64,000 bases of DNA from an uncultured Eubacteriales bacterium (GCA_900314745.1 OMWK01000005.1:12696-76695); one strand, 5' to 3'; shown: positions 37,645-47,569, counted from the first letter of the stretch. The notes: a model not told the origin generated them from the sequence alone. Made by a program: numbers and translations.

Positions 37645-39318
37645 TCACATAACGACCACTATATGGTCATATTCGCCCTCAGGCACTTCAACAGAAGAAG
37701 GATCATCGGAAATAACAAACCCGATGTTCTTGCTTCTGAAGAAAGTCTCCATCATATCCACCTTACAAAAATCCGGGAAGAAATATCCGTCCCAGATCCT
37801 CTGGTTCCAGATAACAAGATAGCTGTCCTCTGTATACTCCGTGTTCTCCTCAGAAGATGCCGCGAGAGCATTCCATGCATCGTCATACCATAAGTCACTG
37901 GGGATATAATCATCACCGCCCACGAGATAATCGTAATTAAATAGCACATGACCTCCGAGCACCGCGATAACAAGATACAAAGCTACAGCAAGGTAGAAGC
38001 ACTTCATCTTCTCCGAAGTAAACTTGTTAAGCATATAATAGCAGAAGATTCCTCCCACCAGTATCGCAATCGTTCCCATATAGCGGTAGAAGCTTCCGAA
38101 CCCCTCTGCCTCCTCTACACTCATCGAGAAGATGTACATCAGGATCATAAAGAAAACGTATACCCAATAAGTTATGAACACATACTTAAACCAGAACTTA
38201 GGCTCCTTCTTCTTCTCGAAGATAATGAGAAATACAAATCCGAAGAAAACTCCCCACACGAGCATTACCTGAGCGTATTCGCTCATAAAGGATACGGACT
38301 GTACAATCACACCCTTAATGACATATTGTATAAGATCTGGTGACTTATCGTTAAGAAGGTCAAGAAATCTCTCAACTGACGACGCCTGTCTACTTTGGCT
38401 GATATCAGTGTATATGAACGAATTTCTTATCCTGTACAGCAAATTCAGCACCACGGGAATAGCAGCAACGAGGATCGTTCTTAATGCTTTCCCCTTCTTC
38501 AATGCTATGAACAGTGCAAGTGCTGCAGCTAGAAAGAACAATCCGGAGAACTTCACCATAACAAGAAAAGACAGTATCAGAATAAGCGACACGACATCCT
38601 TCTTCTCATCAAACTTCGTCTCAGCGATGAACACGATACATCCAAGCGCCACCATTCCAAGAGTTCCGTCTACAGCCAAAGACAAGGTGCTTACAGCAAC
38701 TGAAGTAAGAAACACGAACGATGCTGCGGCACATATACCAAGAAGAACCTTCTTAAGCTTATCCTTACACTTCGCAAGCACAGCGAAAAGCACACTTACC
38801 GATGCCATATTCAATGCAGCCTGAGCCGTAAAACAATTAGCGATACTAAAACCGAACGACTTAGTCACTATATATATCCAAGTCGCGGTTCCGGGGGGAT
38901 ATGTGCTGAATCCGATTTCAGGTGTAACGGGATAAGAATCATCATAAAAAATAACCTTACACATTCTGTACCAGTGACTGAAATCATCAGGATTTGAAAG
39001 TCCCCTGTCTCTTGTTATGAAGCGTATCCAGGTCACGCCAAGGATCATGAATACAATCACCGGATCAGCAAAAGTTAAAGGTATCTTATTAATCCTATCC
39101 TTCCCTGTAAAAAAAAGTGATACGGGAATCATCAAACATCCTGTAGTAATGAAGATCCAATATCCGACATTAAGCACGCCGGCAACTCCCGCAAGATATA
39201 GAACTAATACCGCCGAAGATATGAACATCAATGGGAAGAAACAAGCTTTCTTTCCAAGCACGGAAGTATAAAGAATGTAAAAGCCGATTACAGCAAAGAT
39301 AAACAAGACCGACTCCAT
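37645..39318 (-). CDS. Polytopic membrane protein, GT-C-like
   Basis: About 13-14 TMs; loop motifs NPDDFSHW and TYPPG typical of GT-C-like proteins; acidic soluble C-terminus. Confidence 0.62.
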   Translation of the reverse strand: MESVLFIFAVIGFYILYTSVLGKKACFFPLMFISSAVLVLYLAGVAGVLNVGYWIFITTGCLMIPVSLFFTGKDRINKIPLTFADPVIVFMILGVTWIRFITRDRGLSNPDDFSHWYRMCKVIFYDDSYPVTPEIGFSTYPPGTATWIYIVTKSFGFSIANCFTAQAALNMASVSVLFAVLAKCKDKLKKVLLGICAAASFVFLTSVAVSTLSLAVDGTLGMVALGCIVFIAETKFDEKKDVVSLILILSFLVMVKFSGLFFLAAALALFIALKKGKALRTILVAAIPVVLNLLYRIRNSFIYTDISQSRQASSVERFLDLLNDKSPDLIQYVIKGVIVQSVSFMSEYAQVMLVWGVFFGFVFLIIFEKKKEPKFWFKYVFITYWVYVFFMILMYIFSMSVEEAEGFGSFYRYMGTIAILVGGIFCYYMLNKFTSEKMKCFYLAVALYLVIAVLGGHVLFNYDYLVGGDDYIPSDLWYDDAWNALAASSEENTEYTEDSYLVIWNQRIWDGYFFPDFCKVDMMETFFRSKNIGFVISDDPSSVEVPEGEYDHIVVVM

Positions 39319-39358
39319 GTTCTCATTATACTACATTGAAAGGCGTTAGTCATAAAAA

Positions 39359-39380
39359 AGCGCCGGTACTTACCGGCGCT
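39359..39380 (-). terminator. Intrinsic terminator
   Basis: AGCGCCGGTA-AG-TACCGGCGCT followed by TTTTT on the minus strand. Confidence 0.8.
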
Positions 39381-39405
39381 TCCATTAACACATTATTGGT
39401 TCTTC

Positions 39406-40503
39406 TTATGAGAATAAGTAGTACAGCAATCCTAATGCAACGATCGCGAGGATGATCGCGATGATGACTCTGAAAGCGGATACAGGTGACTTTCCTGCGA
39501 TCCTGCCTGTCTGTCCGTTAACAACGAAGTTATAGATCGTTCCGTTGAACTTGAAATTCGAGATCCAGATAGGAGCAAGAAGATACTTGAAAGTAATCTT
39601 GTCATAAGAAGTCGCGAGCTTAACATCCTTAACGCGGTCAGCCTTATATCTCGCCCTGACGTTCTCTCTAATGTGCTGCTCGAGCTTCGCCCTGATCTGA
39701 CTTTGTGCAATATTCCATCCGTCATCAAGACCCAGTGAATATCTCTCGGCAGCGAAGCCTGCAATGAACTGGGGATCGTAATCACGGAGCTTAGAGAAGT
39801 CAAAGCTCGATACTGTCTTGATGTTACTGTCATTCGTCTTCGTGCTGGCATAGACAACTTCATCGTCGATGAACTCATCGTGAACACCGCTGCACTTATA
39901 CCATCTGGTCTTCGTGTTGCCGTCCTTATCCTTGTAATCCTTGCCGTAGCTTGCGGAATAGGATGATGTCGTCTGTGAATCGAATGTCCAGTAAGGAAGG
40001 TAGATGCCGTGGAACTCCTTGGCTTCGCAGCTCTTCTTCGCCTTGGAAGGAGCAAAGAGCTTCTTGCCGAGCCAACTCTTGAAGAGCTCTGCCGCCCTCT
40101 CTCTTGATATCTCGAAAGGAACGATGCCGCCGGGAGCCATTACATCCTCGTCATCATCTACGGGCATTACGTTAGTGGATCCGCAGAAAGGACAGGTCGA
40201 AGCAGTCTCGGTCATGTCGTACATTGCGGAACCGCCGCAGTTCTTACAGGTGATATTCTTCTTCTTTGCTCCCCAGTCCTTGCTTGTACGAAGTTTGGCG
40301 GAATTGAAGTCAATCTCCTGTGTAGCAGTTCCTGCCTCATCAGGCTTAGGCAGTTCCTTGTGATAACCGCAGTATTCGCAGGTCATCGACAGTGTTGCCG
40401 GGTCATAAGCTACAGTAGCGCCGCAATTGGGACATTTCTTATCGGTAATGTCTTCGGTAGCACCCTGTACGATCTCTTCAGGTAAATTCTCATTCTCTGC
40501 CAT
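39406..40503 (-). CDS. YdjG-like zinc-ribbon protein with C-terminal TM
   Basis: CPNCG...CEYCG and CKNCG...CPFCGS ribbons; GIYLPYWTFD, LLAPIW, VNGQTG; GGAGAG RBS before ATG 40503. Confidence 0.78.
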   Translation of the reverse strand: MAENENLPEEIVQGATEDITDKKCPNCGATVAYDPATLSMTCEYCGYHKELPKPDEAGTATQEIDFNSAKLRTSKDWGAKKKNITCKNCGGSAMYDMTETASTCPFCGSTNVMPVDDDEDVMAPGGIVPFEISRERAAELFKSWLGKKLFAPSKAKKSCEAKEFHGIYLPYWTFDSQTTSSYSASYGKDYKDKDGNTKTRWYKCSGVHDEFIDDEVVYASTKTNDSNIKTVSSFDFSKLRDYDPQFIAGFAAERYSLGLDDGWNIAQSQIRAKLEQHIRENVRARYKADRVKDVKLATSYDKITFKYLLAPIWISNFKFNGTIYNFVVNGQTGRIAGKSPVSAFRVIIAIILAIVALGLLYYLFS

Positions 40504-40579
40504 GGTCCCTCTCCTCATATAAAAATCATTACCGAAATTATAACATATTCAAATTATGTTGATACTATTAGGGCAACAA

Positions 40580-40605
40580 AAAACTCCTTCTTGCGAAGGA
40601 GTTTT
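40580..40605 (-). terminator. Intrinsic terminator of the aconitase-citrate synthase operon
   Basis: AAAACTCCTTC-TTGC-GAAGGAGTTTT. Confidence 0.85.
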
Positions 40606-40626
40606 CTTAAGTCCGGTTTAAGGATT

Positions 40627-41991
40627 TCAGACTATGCCCTTACGCTCATCGACAGGGATGTATTCACGTCTCTTGCTTACGCACTTATAAGCAGGACGCA
40701 TGATCCTTCCTCCTGTGACAACCTCCTCGATCCTGTGAGCACTCCAGCCCGCGATTCTTGCACTTGCAAAAATCGGAGTAAAGAGTTCCGGAGGTATGCC
40801 GAGCATTGAATAAACAAAGCCCGCATAGTAGTCAACGTTTGCACACATGATCTTGTCAGACTTCTTGACTTCGTGGAAGACCTCGGGAGCAATTCTCTCG
40901 ACCATCGTATAGAGGTTGAAGATATCGTCCTTTCCTGTCTCCTTCGCAAGCTCCTCAGCGTGCATCTTAAGAAGTCTTGTTCTAGGGTCAGAAAGTGTAT
41001 ATACAGCATGTCCGATACCGTAGATGAGGCCCGACTTGTCAAAGGCCTCCTTCCTGATGATCTTGGCAAGATAATCTCTGACCTGATATTCATCAGTCCA
41101 GTCACTTACCTTTTCGCGCAGGTCGCACATCATGGCGTAAGCCTTGTTGGATGCGCCGCCGTGCTGAGGGCCCTTAAGAGAGCCTACTGCAGCCGCAATG
41201 GCGGAATATGTGTCAGTACCCGTGGAAGATACCGCGTGAGTTACGAAGGACGAATTGTTACCGCCGCCGTGCTCAGCATGAAGTACAAGCGCGAGGTCAA
41301 GAACACGTGCCTCAAGTTCTGTGAACTCTCCGTCGGGACGGATGAGATGCAGGATGTTCTGTGCCGTGCTGTACTCGGGCACGGGATCATGCAGGAAAAG
41401 ACTCTTATGCTCAACGTAGTGAAGTCTTGCCATGTAACCGTAAGCGATCATTACAGGGAATCTCGCTATGAGTTCGATGCACTGGCGCATAACGTTGGAT
41501 ACTTCAAGTGAATCCGGATTGCTGTCGTAGGAATAAGAAGCAAGAACGGATCTTGCAAGCTTATTCATGACATCAGGGCTCGGAGCCTTCAGGATCATGT
41601 CCTCGGTAAATCCGTCAGGAAGAGGTCTCTTGGAGGAAAGCAGCGCTCTGAACTCCTCGAGTTCCTTCTCCGTGGGAAGATCTCCCGTGATGAGAAGGAA
41701 AGCGATCTCCTCATAACCGAATCTCTTCTTATAGAAACCGTTAACAAGGTCTGTTACTTCATAACCCTGGTAGTAAAGTCTTCCGTCTACAGGCATTCTG
41801 TCTCCGTCATCCATAAGGTAACTCATTACCTCACCGACTTCAGTAAGACCTACGAGAACACCCGTACCGTCGTTGTTACGCAAGCCGCGCTTTACGTTAT
41901 ATCTTCCGTAGAGCTCGGGTTCGATCTTAGCCTTCTTACCCGCAACCTTGGCGAGTTTGCTTATTATTTCTTCGTTGTTCATTTCAGCCAT
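40627..41991 (-). CDS. gltA: Citrate synthase (Si-type family)
   Basis: LHAEHGGGN, GPQHGGA, YGIGHAVY, DPR, ANVDYY, ARIAGW; TGATG coupling to aconitase. Confidence 0.93.
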   Translation of the reverse strand: MAEMNNEEIISKLAKVAGKKAKIEPELYGRYNVKRGLRNNDGTGVLVGLTEVGEVMSYLMDDGDRMPVDGRLYYQGYEVTDLVNGFYKKRFGYEEIAFLLITGDLPTEKELEEFRALLSSKRPLPDGFTEDMILKAPSPDVMNKLARSVLASYSYDSNPDSLEVSNVMRQCIELIARFPVMIAYGYMARLHYVEHKSLFLHDPVPEYSTAQNILHLIRPDGEFTELEARVLDLALVLHAEHGGGNNSSFVTHAVSSTGTDTYSAIAAAVGSLKGPQHGGASNKAYAMMCDLREKVSDWTDEYQVRDYLAKIIRKEAFDKSGLIYGIGHAVYTLSDPRTRLLKMHAEELAKETGKDDIFNLYTMVERIAPEVFHEVKKSDKIMCANVDYYAGFVYSMLGIPPELFTPIFASARIAGWSAHRIEEVVTGGRIMRPAYKCVSKRREYIPVDERKGIV

Positions 41992-43925
41992 CAGGCATTC
42001 TCCTTGGTGTAATTAAGAAGGCCTCCTGCGAGGAGCATATCCTTCTGTCTGTCTGAGATCACGAGCTCAGTCTCAAAGGAATAACCCTGAGTCTTGTTTG
42101 TGATCGTAACAGTCTTGCCGGAAGCGGCAGCCTCAACCTGCTCTCTTGCATTCTCGATAACGAGCTCATCGAGCATGTTGATCTTATCGTAGTCAGCAGC
42201 ATCCTTGAATGTTAAAGGAAGGATACCGTTGTTGATGAGGTTTGCCATGTGGATTCTAGCGAAAGAGAGTGCGATTACACCCTTAACGCCAAGCTGCAAA
42301 GGTGCAAGAGCAGCGTGCTCTCTGGAAGAACCCTGACCGTAGTTCTGTCCGCCGATGATGAATCCGCCGTTGTTCTCCTTCGCTCTTGCCGGGAACTGCT
42401 CATCACAGGGTGTGAGACAGTAGTCTGCAAGGTAAGGGATGTTGGATCTGAACGGCAGAAGCTTCGCATTGGAAGGCATGATGTGGTCTGTCGTGATGTT
42501 GTCCTCAACCTTTATGAGTGTCTTGCCCTCAACTGTATCAGCGAGCTTATGGTGTGCAGGGAAAGGCTTGATGTTAGGTCCTCTTACTACCTCTACATCC
42601 TCAGGTGTAGCAGAAGGCATGATAACCATGTTGTCGTTAACCTTGAATGCATCAGGCATTGTTACTACCGGCGGCTCACCGAAGTCAGCAGGGTTTGTAA
42701 CTACACCTGTGATAGCGGCAACAGCAGCAACCTCAGGGCTTACAAGATAGATGGAAGCGGACTTCGTTCCGGATCTTCCGTAGAAGTTTCTGTTATTTGT
42801 TCTTAAGGATACAGCGTTAGTCTTAGGAGACTGACCCATACCGATACAGGGACCGCATCCGCACTCGATGATTCTTGCACCTGCTTCGATCATGTCGGCA
42901 AGAGCACCCATCTCAGCGAGCATGTTGAATACCTGCTTGGATCCGGGAGCGATAACGAGTGAAACATCAGGATGAACTGTGTGACCCTTCAGGATCTTAG
43001 CAACCTTGAGCATGTCGTAAAGTGAAGAGTTTGTGCAGGAACCGATGCAGCACTGGTCAACCTTAAGACCCTCGATCTCCTTAACTGTTACAACCTGGTC
43101 AGGCATGTGAGGCTTAGCAACGAGAGGTACGAGTTTGGAAAGATCAATCTCGATCTCCTCATCGTAAACTGCATCCTCGTCAGCCTTGAGCTCTGTCCAT
43201 ACCTCTTCTCTTCCCTGTGCCTTGAGGAAAGCCTTAGTAACCTCATCAGAAGGGAAAACGGATGTTGTAGCACCGAGCTCGGCACCCATGTTTGTGATAG
43301 TTGCTCTCTCGGGAACTGTGAGAGATGCAAGTCCGTCACCTGCATACTCGACGATCTTGCCTACACCGCCCTTAACGGACATGATGCGGAGAACCTCGAG
43401 GATGATATCCTTGGCTGTTGTCCAGGGAGCGAGCTTATTCTTCAATGTAACTCTTACCATCTTGGGCATTGTGATGTAGTAGGGACCGCCGCCCATTGCC
43501 ACTGCAACGTCAAGTCCGCCTGCACCGATGGCGAGCATTCCGATACCGCCGCATGTAGGTGTGTGAGAGTCAGAACCGAGAAGTGTCTGACCCGGAACAC
43601 CGAATCTCTCGATGTGAACCTGGTGGCAAACACCGTTACCGGGACGGCTGAATCTGATGCCGTGCTTATTCGCTACTGTCTGGATGTACTTGTGGTCATC
43701 AGCATTCTCGAAGCCGGACTGAAGCATGTTGTGATCGATGTAAGCAACAGAGAGCTTAGTCTTAACCTGATCGATGCCCAGAGCCTCGAACTGGAGGTAA
43801 GCCATGGTACCCGTAGAATCCTGTGTAAGTGTCTGGTCGATTCGAAGAGCGATCTCCTCGCCAACCTTCATCTCACCGGAAAGTAGATGGTCCTTAATGA
43901 TCTTCTGCGAAATTGTTAAACCCAT
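41991..43925 (-). CDS. acnA: Aconitate hydratase (short, about 640-aa type)
   Basis: TQDSTG, GSDSHT, IGSCTN, CGCGPCIG, TTDHI, GQGSSREHAA. Confidence 0.94.
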   Translation of the reverse strand: MGLTISQKIIKDHLLSGEMKVGEEIALRIDQTLTQDSTGTMAYLQFEALGIDQVKTKLSVAYIDHNMLQSGFENADDHKYIQTVANKHGIRFSRPGNGVCHQVHIERFGVPGQTLLGSDSHTPTCGGIGMLAIGAGGLDVAVAMGGGPYYITMPKMVRVTLKNKLAPWTTAKDIILEVLRIMSVKGGVGKIVEYAGDGLASLTVPERATITNMGAELGATTSVFPSDEVTKAFLKAQGREEVWTELKADEDAVYDEEIEIDLSKLVPLVAKPHMPDQVVTVKEIEGLKVDQCCIGSCTNSSLYDMLKVAKILKGHTVHPDVSLVIAPGSKQVFNMLAEMGALADMIEAGARIIECGCGPCIGMGQSPKTNAVSLRTNNRNFYGRSGTKSASIYLVSPEVAAVAAITGVVTNPADFGEPPVVTMPDAFKVNDNMVIMPSATPEDVEVVRGPNIKPFPAHHKLADTVEGKTLIKVEDNITTDHIMPSNAKLLPFRSNIPYLADYCLTPCDEQFPARAKENNGGFIIGGQNYGQGSSREHAALAPLQLGVKGVIALSFARIHMANLINNGILPLTFKDAADYDKINMLDELVIENAREQVEAAASGKTVTITNKTQGYSFETELVISDRQKDMLLAGGLLNYTKENA

Positions 43926-43982
43926 GAAAGTTCCTCCATGTATATAAATAATACGTACGCATTAAATTATGCCACGAAGAGC

Positions 43983-44012
43983 ATTATATTGGTCGCGGCT
44001 TGATGTTGTCAA
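43983..44012 (-). promoter_or_regulatory. Sigma-A promoter of acn-gltA
   Basis: TTGACA-18 nt-TATAAT. Confidence 0.75.
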
Positions 44013-44030
44013 TTTTAATAAGGATTTTCG

Positions 44031-44039
44031 GATAATCAG
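44031..44039 (+). repeat. Left copy of 9-bp direct repeat GATAATCAG flanking the adenylation/kinase-MFS cassette
   Basis: Identical 9-mer at 47558-47566, in the 27-nt gap after trmH. Confidence 0.5.
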
Positions 44040-44055
44040 GCAAAAGATTGGACCT

Positions 44056-45270
44056 TCACTTTGCCTGCTGTCTGCTTATGGCCGAATTACAAACGAATAT
44101 ATTCGCCAATGAAATGCAGAGCATTAACAGCATGACATAAACGATGCCCCACTTCGTAAGCAAGCTTCCTACAGCGGAAAGGAAGAGCGCACCTGCTTTT
44201 TTCGCTGTGTTTAATGCAACCAGGCTTCCCTGCTGTGCTTCGACCTCGTCAACCTTAAGAGAGATATTCTGCACAAGAGTAATAAACGGATCACGTGCAA
44301 ATGCAATCATAAAATAACCTGCGATCATGATCGCTCTCTTCCCTGTGTTTCCTGTAATCCACGGAAGGATCTGCAGGATCAGACCAGCCGTAAGCATTAT
44401 TGACACCAGAACAGCAGCACGGTCCTTGAAAGTTGAATAGGTCCTGCTCATGAGGATATTCGATAAAAATCTGAGCAGATAAACCAAGGAAGATATGAGT
44501 CCGAGAAGCCAGATAATATGCCCAGGTTCATGATCATTAAGCAAAGTCTGGAAGTTAAGCCGCGCATATGTAAGTCCTGTTCCCGTTATCGCCGTAAACA
44601 TGGCAAAAGATATGAGAAGCAGTATACCGAACGAGCTCATAGACGCACGTCTTCTCTTCTTTTCCAGATTTCTGATACAAATCTCATTTGAAGAAGTATC
44701 CCCACGTGTGATAAACACCGCACATACCACACCCGCAGAGCTTAAGCCCATGCAGGCGAACATAGGAAGATAAGCATTAATCTCAAAAAGAGAGCCGCAA
44801 AGCAAAGATGTGATCATCATGACTATTGAAGTTATACCGCTTGCATCAGATTGATATGTGACATACATATCTTCCTTGTACTCGCTCACAAGTTTACGCT
44901 TCAACACAGCTGTTCCTATAGCACTCAGTGTGTGAGCAATACACTTTATAAACCCTCCTATAAGAACAACAATGAACCCGGGAGCGAACGTAATGCAGGC
45001 AGAAGACAGCACGAAGCAGACACTTCCCGTGATTACAGCAGTTTTGTTGCCGACGCGGTTTATCCACTTAAGAAGAGGGTACTGAATAATCAGAGAGAAA
45101 CCGAGCGAAAGGAATGTCAGCCATGATACAGCCGCCACCGACAGGCCTTTCACTTCAGTAAGGAACATCGCATCATAGACAATGAAAAACAAAAGGTCCG
45201 TCTCTAATGCAGTATATCCGAGATACCACCGGAAAAAACTGTTACTGTAACGAGCTCTGATGCTTCCCAT
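44056..45270 (-). CDS. MFS transporter
   Basis: About 12 TMs; degenerate motif A (KWINRVGNK); overlaps the upstream fusion gene by 29 nt. Confidence 0.85.
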   Translation of the reverse strand: MGSIRARYSNSFFRWYLGYTALETDLLFFIVYDAMFLTEVKGLSVAAVSWLTFLSLGFSLIIQYPLLKWINRVGNKTAVITGSVCFVLSSACITFAPGFIVVLIGGFIKCIAHTLSAIGTAVLKRKLVSEYKEDMYVTYQSDASGITSIVMMITSLLCGSLFEINAYLPMFACMGLSSAGVVCAVFITRGDTSSNEICIRNLEKKRRRASMSSFGILLLISFAMFTAITGTGLTYARLNFQTLLNDHEPGHIIWLLGLISSLVYLLRFLSNILMSRTYSTFKDRAAVLVSIMLTAGLILQILPWITGNTGKRAIMIAGYFMIAFARDPFITLVQNISLKVDEVEAQQGSLVALNTAKKAGALFLSAVGSLLTKWGIVYVMLLMLCISLANIFVCNSAISRQQAK

Positions 45271-47542
45271 TTCCGTCCTGCCTTAAGTGTCCGTTCCAGT
45301 ATTCCAAAGATCTCCGTCTGGCTTCTTTCAATTCCTCATCCGTAAACACACCCGGAAGAATAACAGAAGCTATACAGATCCTGGCTGCGTGTATTCCTCT
45401 GATCCTCTCCTTCATGTCAGACAACACTTTATCTTCAATATCCGGATAGTAGGACTTAAGATAAACGTCAAACAAAGCTCCGGCTTTTAACTTATCGACT
45501 CCTAACTTCGCGACGCATTGTTCATCGGTCATGAATGAAGGAAGGAAAACATAATGCGAATACATACAAAGATGATCAAACACCGGGTCCCCCTTACCGC
45601 TTATAACAAGATCGATGAACTTTATCCCGTCATTAAATATCATCGCATTTCCGGGGTGACAGTCACCATGAATAAAATGATCCGAATCAGGTATCGATGC
45701 TATGATATCCGAGATTTTCTGAATCTCCTCCTCATTGCAGTAAGCGTGATCTATTTGCTGTGCACATGATAACGATATGCCCTTAAGATCCTGAATGCTC
45801 TCATCACTCATGCTGATCTTATGCATACTCTTCACCGCTCCTGCGAAAAGCTTAATCAGTTCCTGACAATTTCCTGTACCACACCTTATGGCTTCCTCAA
45901 TTACAGTACCACCAAGCCTGTCGAACATGACACCATACCGGGTATCCGAACGGACCATCTCATACGCCTTAGGAACAGGCAGCCCCTTCCCGTATGCTAT
46001 CCGTGTATGTTCAAGTTCCAGCCTGATACGCTCATACGGAACCGACTGTTTATACAGCTTGATAACCTTGTCACTGCCGATCGCATATACTATGGCCTTT
46101 CTTCCCTGTCCAATAATCTGAAGATCGGGTGATTCCTGTTTTCTGAATTCATCCCAGCTTCCTTCGGGAGGATAGAGACTTCTTTTATCAGTCTTTCCGG
46201 TCTCGAGCAAAGGAAACTCTTCCAAATGAATATAGTTTGTAGGTATCATGTATTCAGGCAGAATATCCAGAAGTTTCTGTCTCATCATGACCTCATCAAC
46301 AATTATGTCACCGGTATAGAAAACAATTATGGATGAGATATCTTTATAAACAAATCCCCTGACTACAAGATTCTTGATGCCGCTTACCTGTCTTACCGCG
46401 TTTCCCACCTCATCAGGCTCAATTCTGTAACCGTTAATCTTGAACATCTCATCGATTCTTCCGCATATAACAAGATCACCGTCAGAAGTCATCATTCCGG
46501 CATCACCTGAATGAATAATTGTCCCGTTTATTTTCTTCCTGGTCAGTTCAGGAAGATTCAGATATCCCCTGACAAAAGGATCGCGGAAACACAACTCTCC
46601 GGTATACCCTGCCGGAACCTCTTTACCGTTCTCATCAAGGATAAGGATTTCAACATCCGACTGTGGCTTACCGACAGGTGCCGGAGTCTGCGGATGTGTC
46701 AGTTCCTTCAGCGTCAGAAGACATCCGGACTCAGTTGATGCATAGCAGTTGATACATCTTGTTCCATCAAGATACAAACCATCCGCAGGTTCACTTGACA
46801 GAACACATGTCTTAAGACTCTTTTTGAGAGGGAGCAGTTTACGGAGCCTGGAAGGTGTAAGATACCCGCAGTTAACATCATTTCTGCAAAGATATTCGGC
46901 AAAACTTTCCGAGTCATCACAATACTCATAAGGAACGATCGCCACAGCGTTTCCGAACACACTTGAGAATCCGACGATAATAGGCATTGATACAAAGCTT
47001 ATCGGACTCATGACAGAATATGTATCCTCAGGAGCGAGAATCGGAACTCCATTCAGGATTGCTGATTTCCATGCATTAATAAGCGTTCCGTATTCATGCA
47101 TGACACCTTTGGGATTTCCGGTAGTTCCCGATGTGTAAGCTATATAGCAAAGGCTGTGAAGATCGGAAGTCTCATATCCGTCTATAGGTTCCGTTCTTTT
47201 TATCTCTTCCCATAAAGACTCATCAACAAACAGTTTACAGTTACAGTCTTTCCTTATGAAATCAGTTCTTTTATCGTTACCTGTCTCTGCTAAAACAAAT
47301 GCAGCCCCTGCCCTGATAGTCCCGATCATGCAGGCATAAAGATCTGTGCCTCTGGGAAGACAGTACATTACGACGTCCTCGGTACCTATCCTTCTCGATT
47401 TAAGCCAGGCATAGATTCTTCCGGTGACAGTCCAGTATTCCTTGAAAGTTAACCTGTTCTCAGATTCATACTTAATAGCTGTCCTGTCCGGCGTATTCAG
47501 CACATGCTCATAAAGAGTATCGAGTATTGTATTATCAACCAT
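45242..47542 (-). CDS. Adenylation (AMP-binding, ANL/NRPS-like) domain fused to an aminoglycoside-phosphotransferase/choline-kinase-like domain
   Basis: A3 YTSGTTGNPKG, A5 YASTE, A7 SGDAG, A8 GRIDEMFKINGYRIE, A10 PLLETGKTDK; then GQGRKAIVY, VIKLY, HGDCHPGN, FIDL; AGGAGG RBS. Confidence 0.88.
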   Translation of the reverse strand: MVDNTILDTLYEHVLNTPDRTAIKYESENRLTFKEYWTVTGRIYAWLKSRRIGTEDVVMYCLPRGTDLYACMIGTIRAGAAFVLAETGNDKRTDFIRKDCNCKLFVDESLWEEIKRTEPIDGYETSDLHSLCYIAYTSGTTGNPKGVMHEYGTLINAWKSAILNGVPILAPEDTYSVMSPISFVSMPIIVGFSSVFGNAVAIVPYEYCDDSESFAEYLCRNDVNCGYLTPSRLRKLLPLKKSLKTCVLSSEPADGLYLDGTRCINCYASTESGCLLTLKELTHPQTPAPVGKPQSDVEILILDENGKEVPAGYTGELCFRDPFVRGYLNLPELTRKKINGTIIHSGDAGMMTSDGDLVICGRIDEMFKINGYRIEPDEVGNAVRQVSGIKNLVVRGFVYKDISSIIVFYTGDIIVDEVMMRQKLLDILPEYMIPTNYIHLEEFPLLETGKTDKRSLYPPEGSWDEFRKQESPDLQIIGQGRKAIVYAIGSDKVIKLYKQSVPYERIRLELEHTRIAYGKGLPVPKAYEMVRSDTRYGVMFDRLGGTVIEEAIRCGTGNCQELIKLFAGAVKSMHKISMSDESIQDLKGISLSCAQQIDHAYCNEEEIQKISDIIASIPDSDHFIHGDCHPGNAMIFNDGIKFIDLVISGKGDPVFDHLCMYSHYVFLPSFMTDEQCVAKLGVDKLKAGALFDVYLKSYYPDIEDKVLSDMKERIRGIHAARICIASVILPGVFTDEELKEARRRSLEYWNGHLRQDGNGKHQSSLQ

Positions 47543-47557
47543 ACCGTCCTCCTGTAC

Positions 47558-47566
47558 GATAATCAG
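47558..47566 (+). repeat. Right copy of 9-bp direct repeat GATAATCAG
   Basis: See 44031-44039. Confidence 0.5.
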
Positions 47567-47569
47567 CCG

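Noticed and set aside
40542-40560. AACATA-N7-TATGTT palindrome in the ydjG-like promoter as a shared Psp regulon motif
   Set aside because: The arms are only 6 bp in AT-rich DNA, and the motif is absent upstream of the SPFH gene.
45242-47542. Conventional NRPS cluster
   Set aside because: No condensation, carrier or thioesterase domain and no phosphopantetheinyl transferase in the window.
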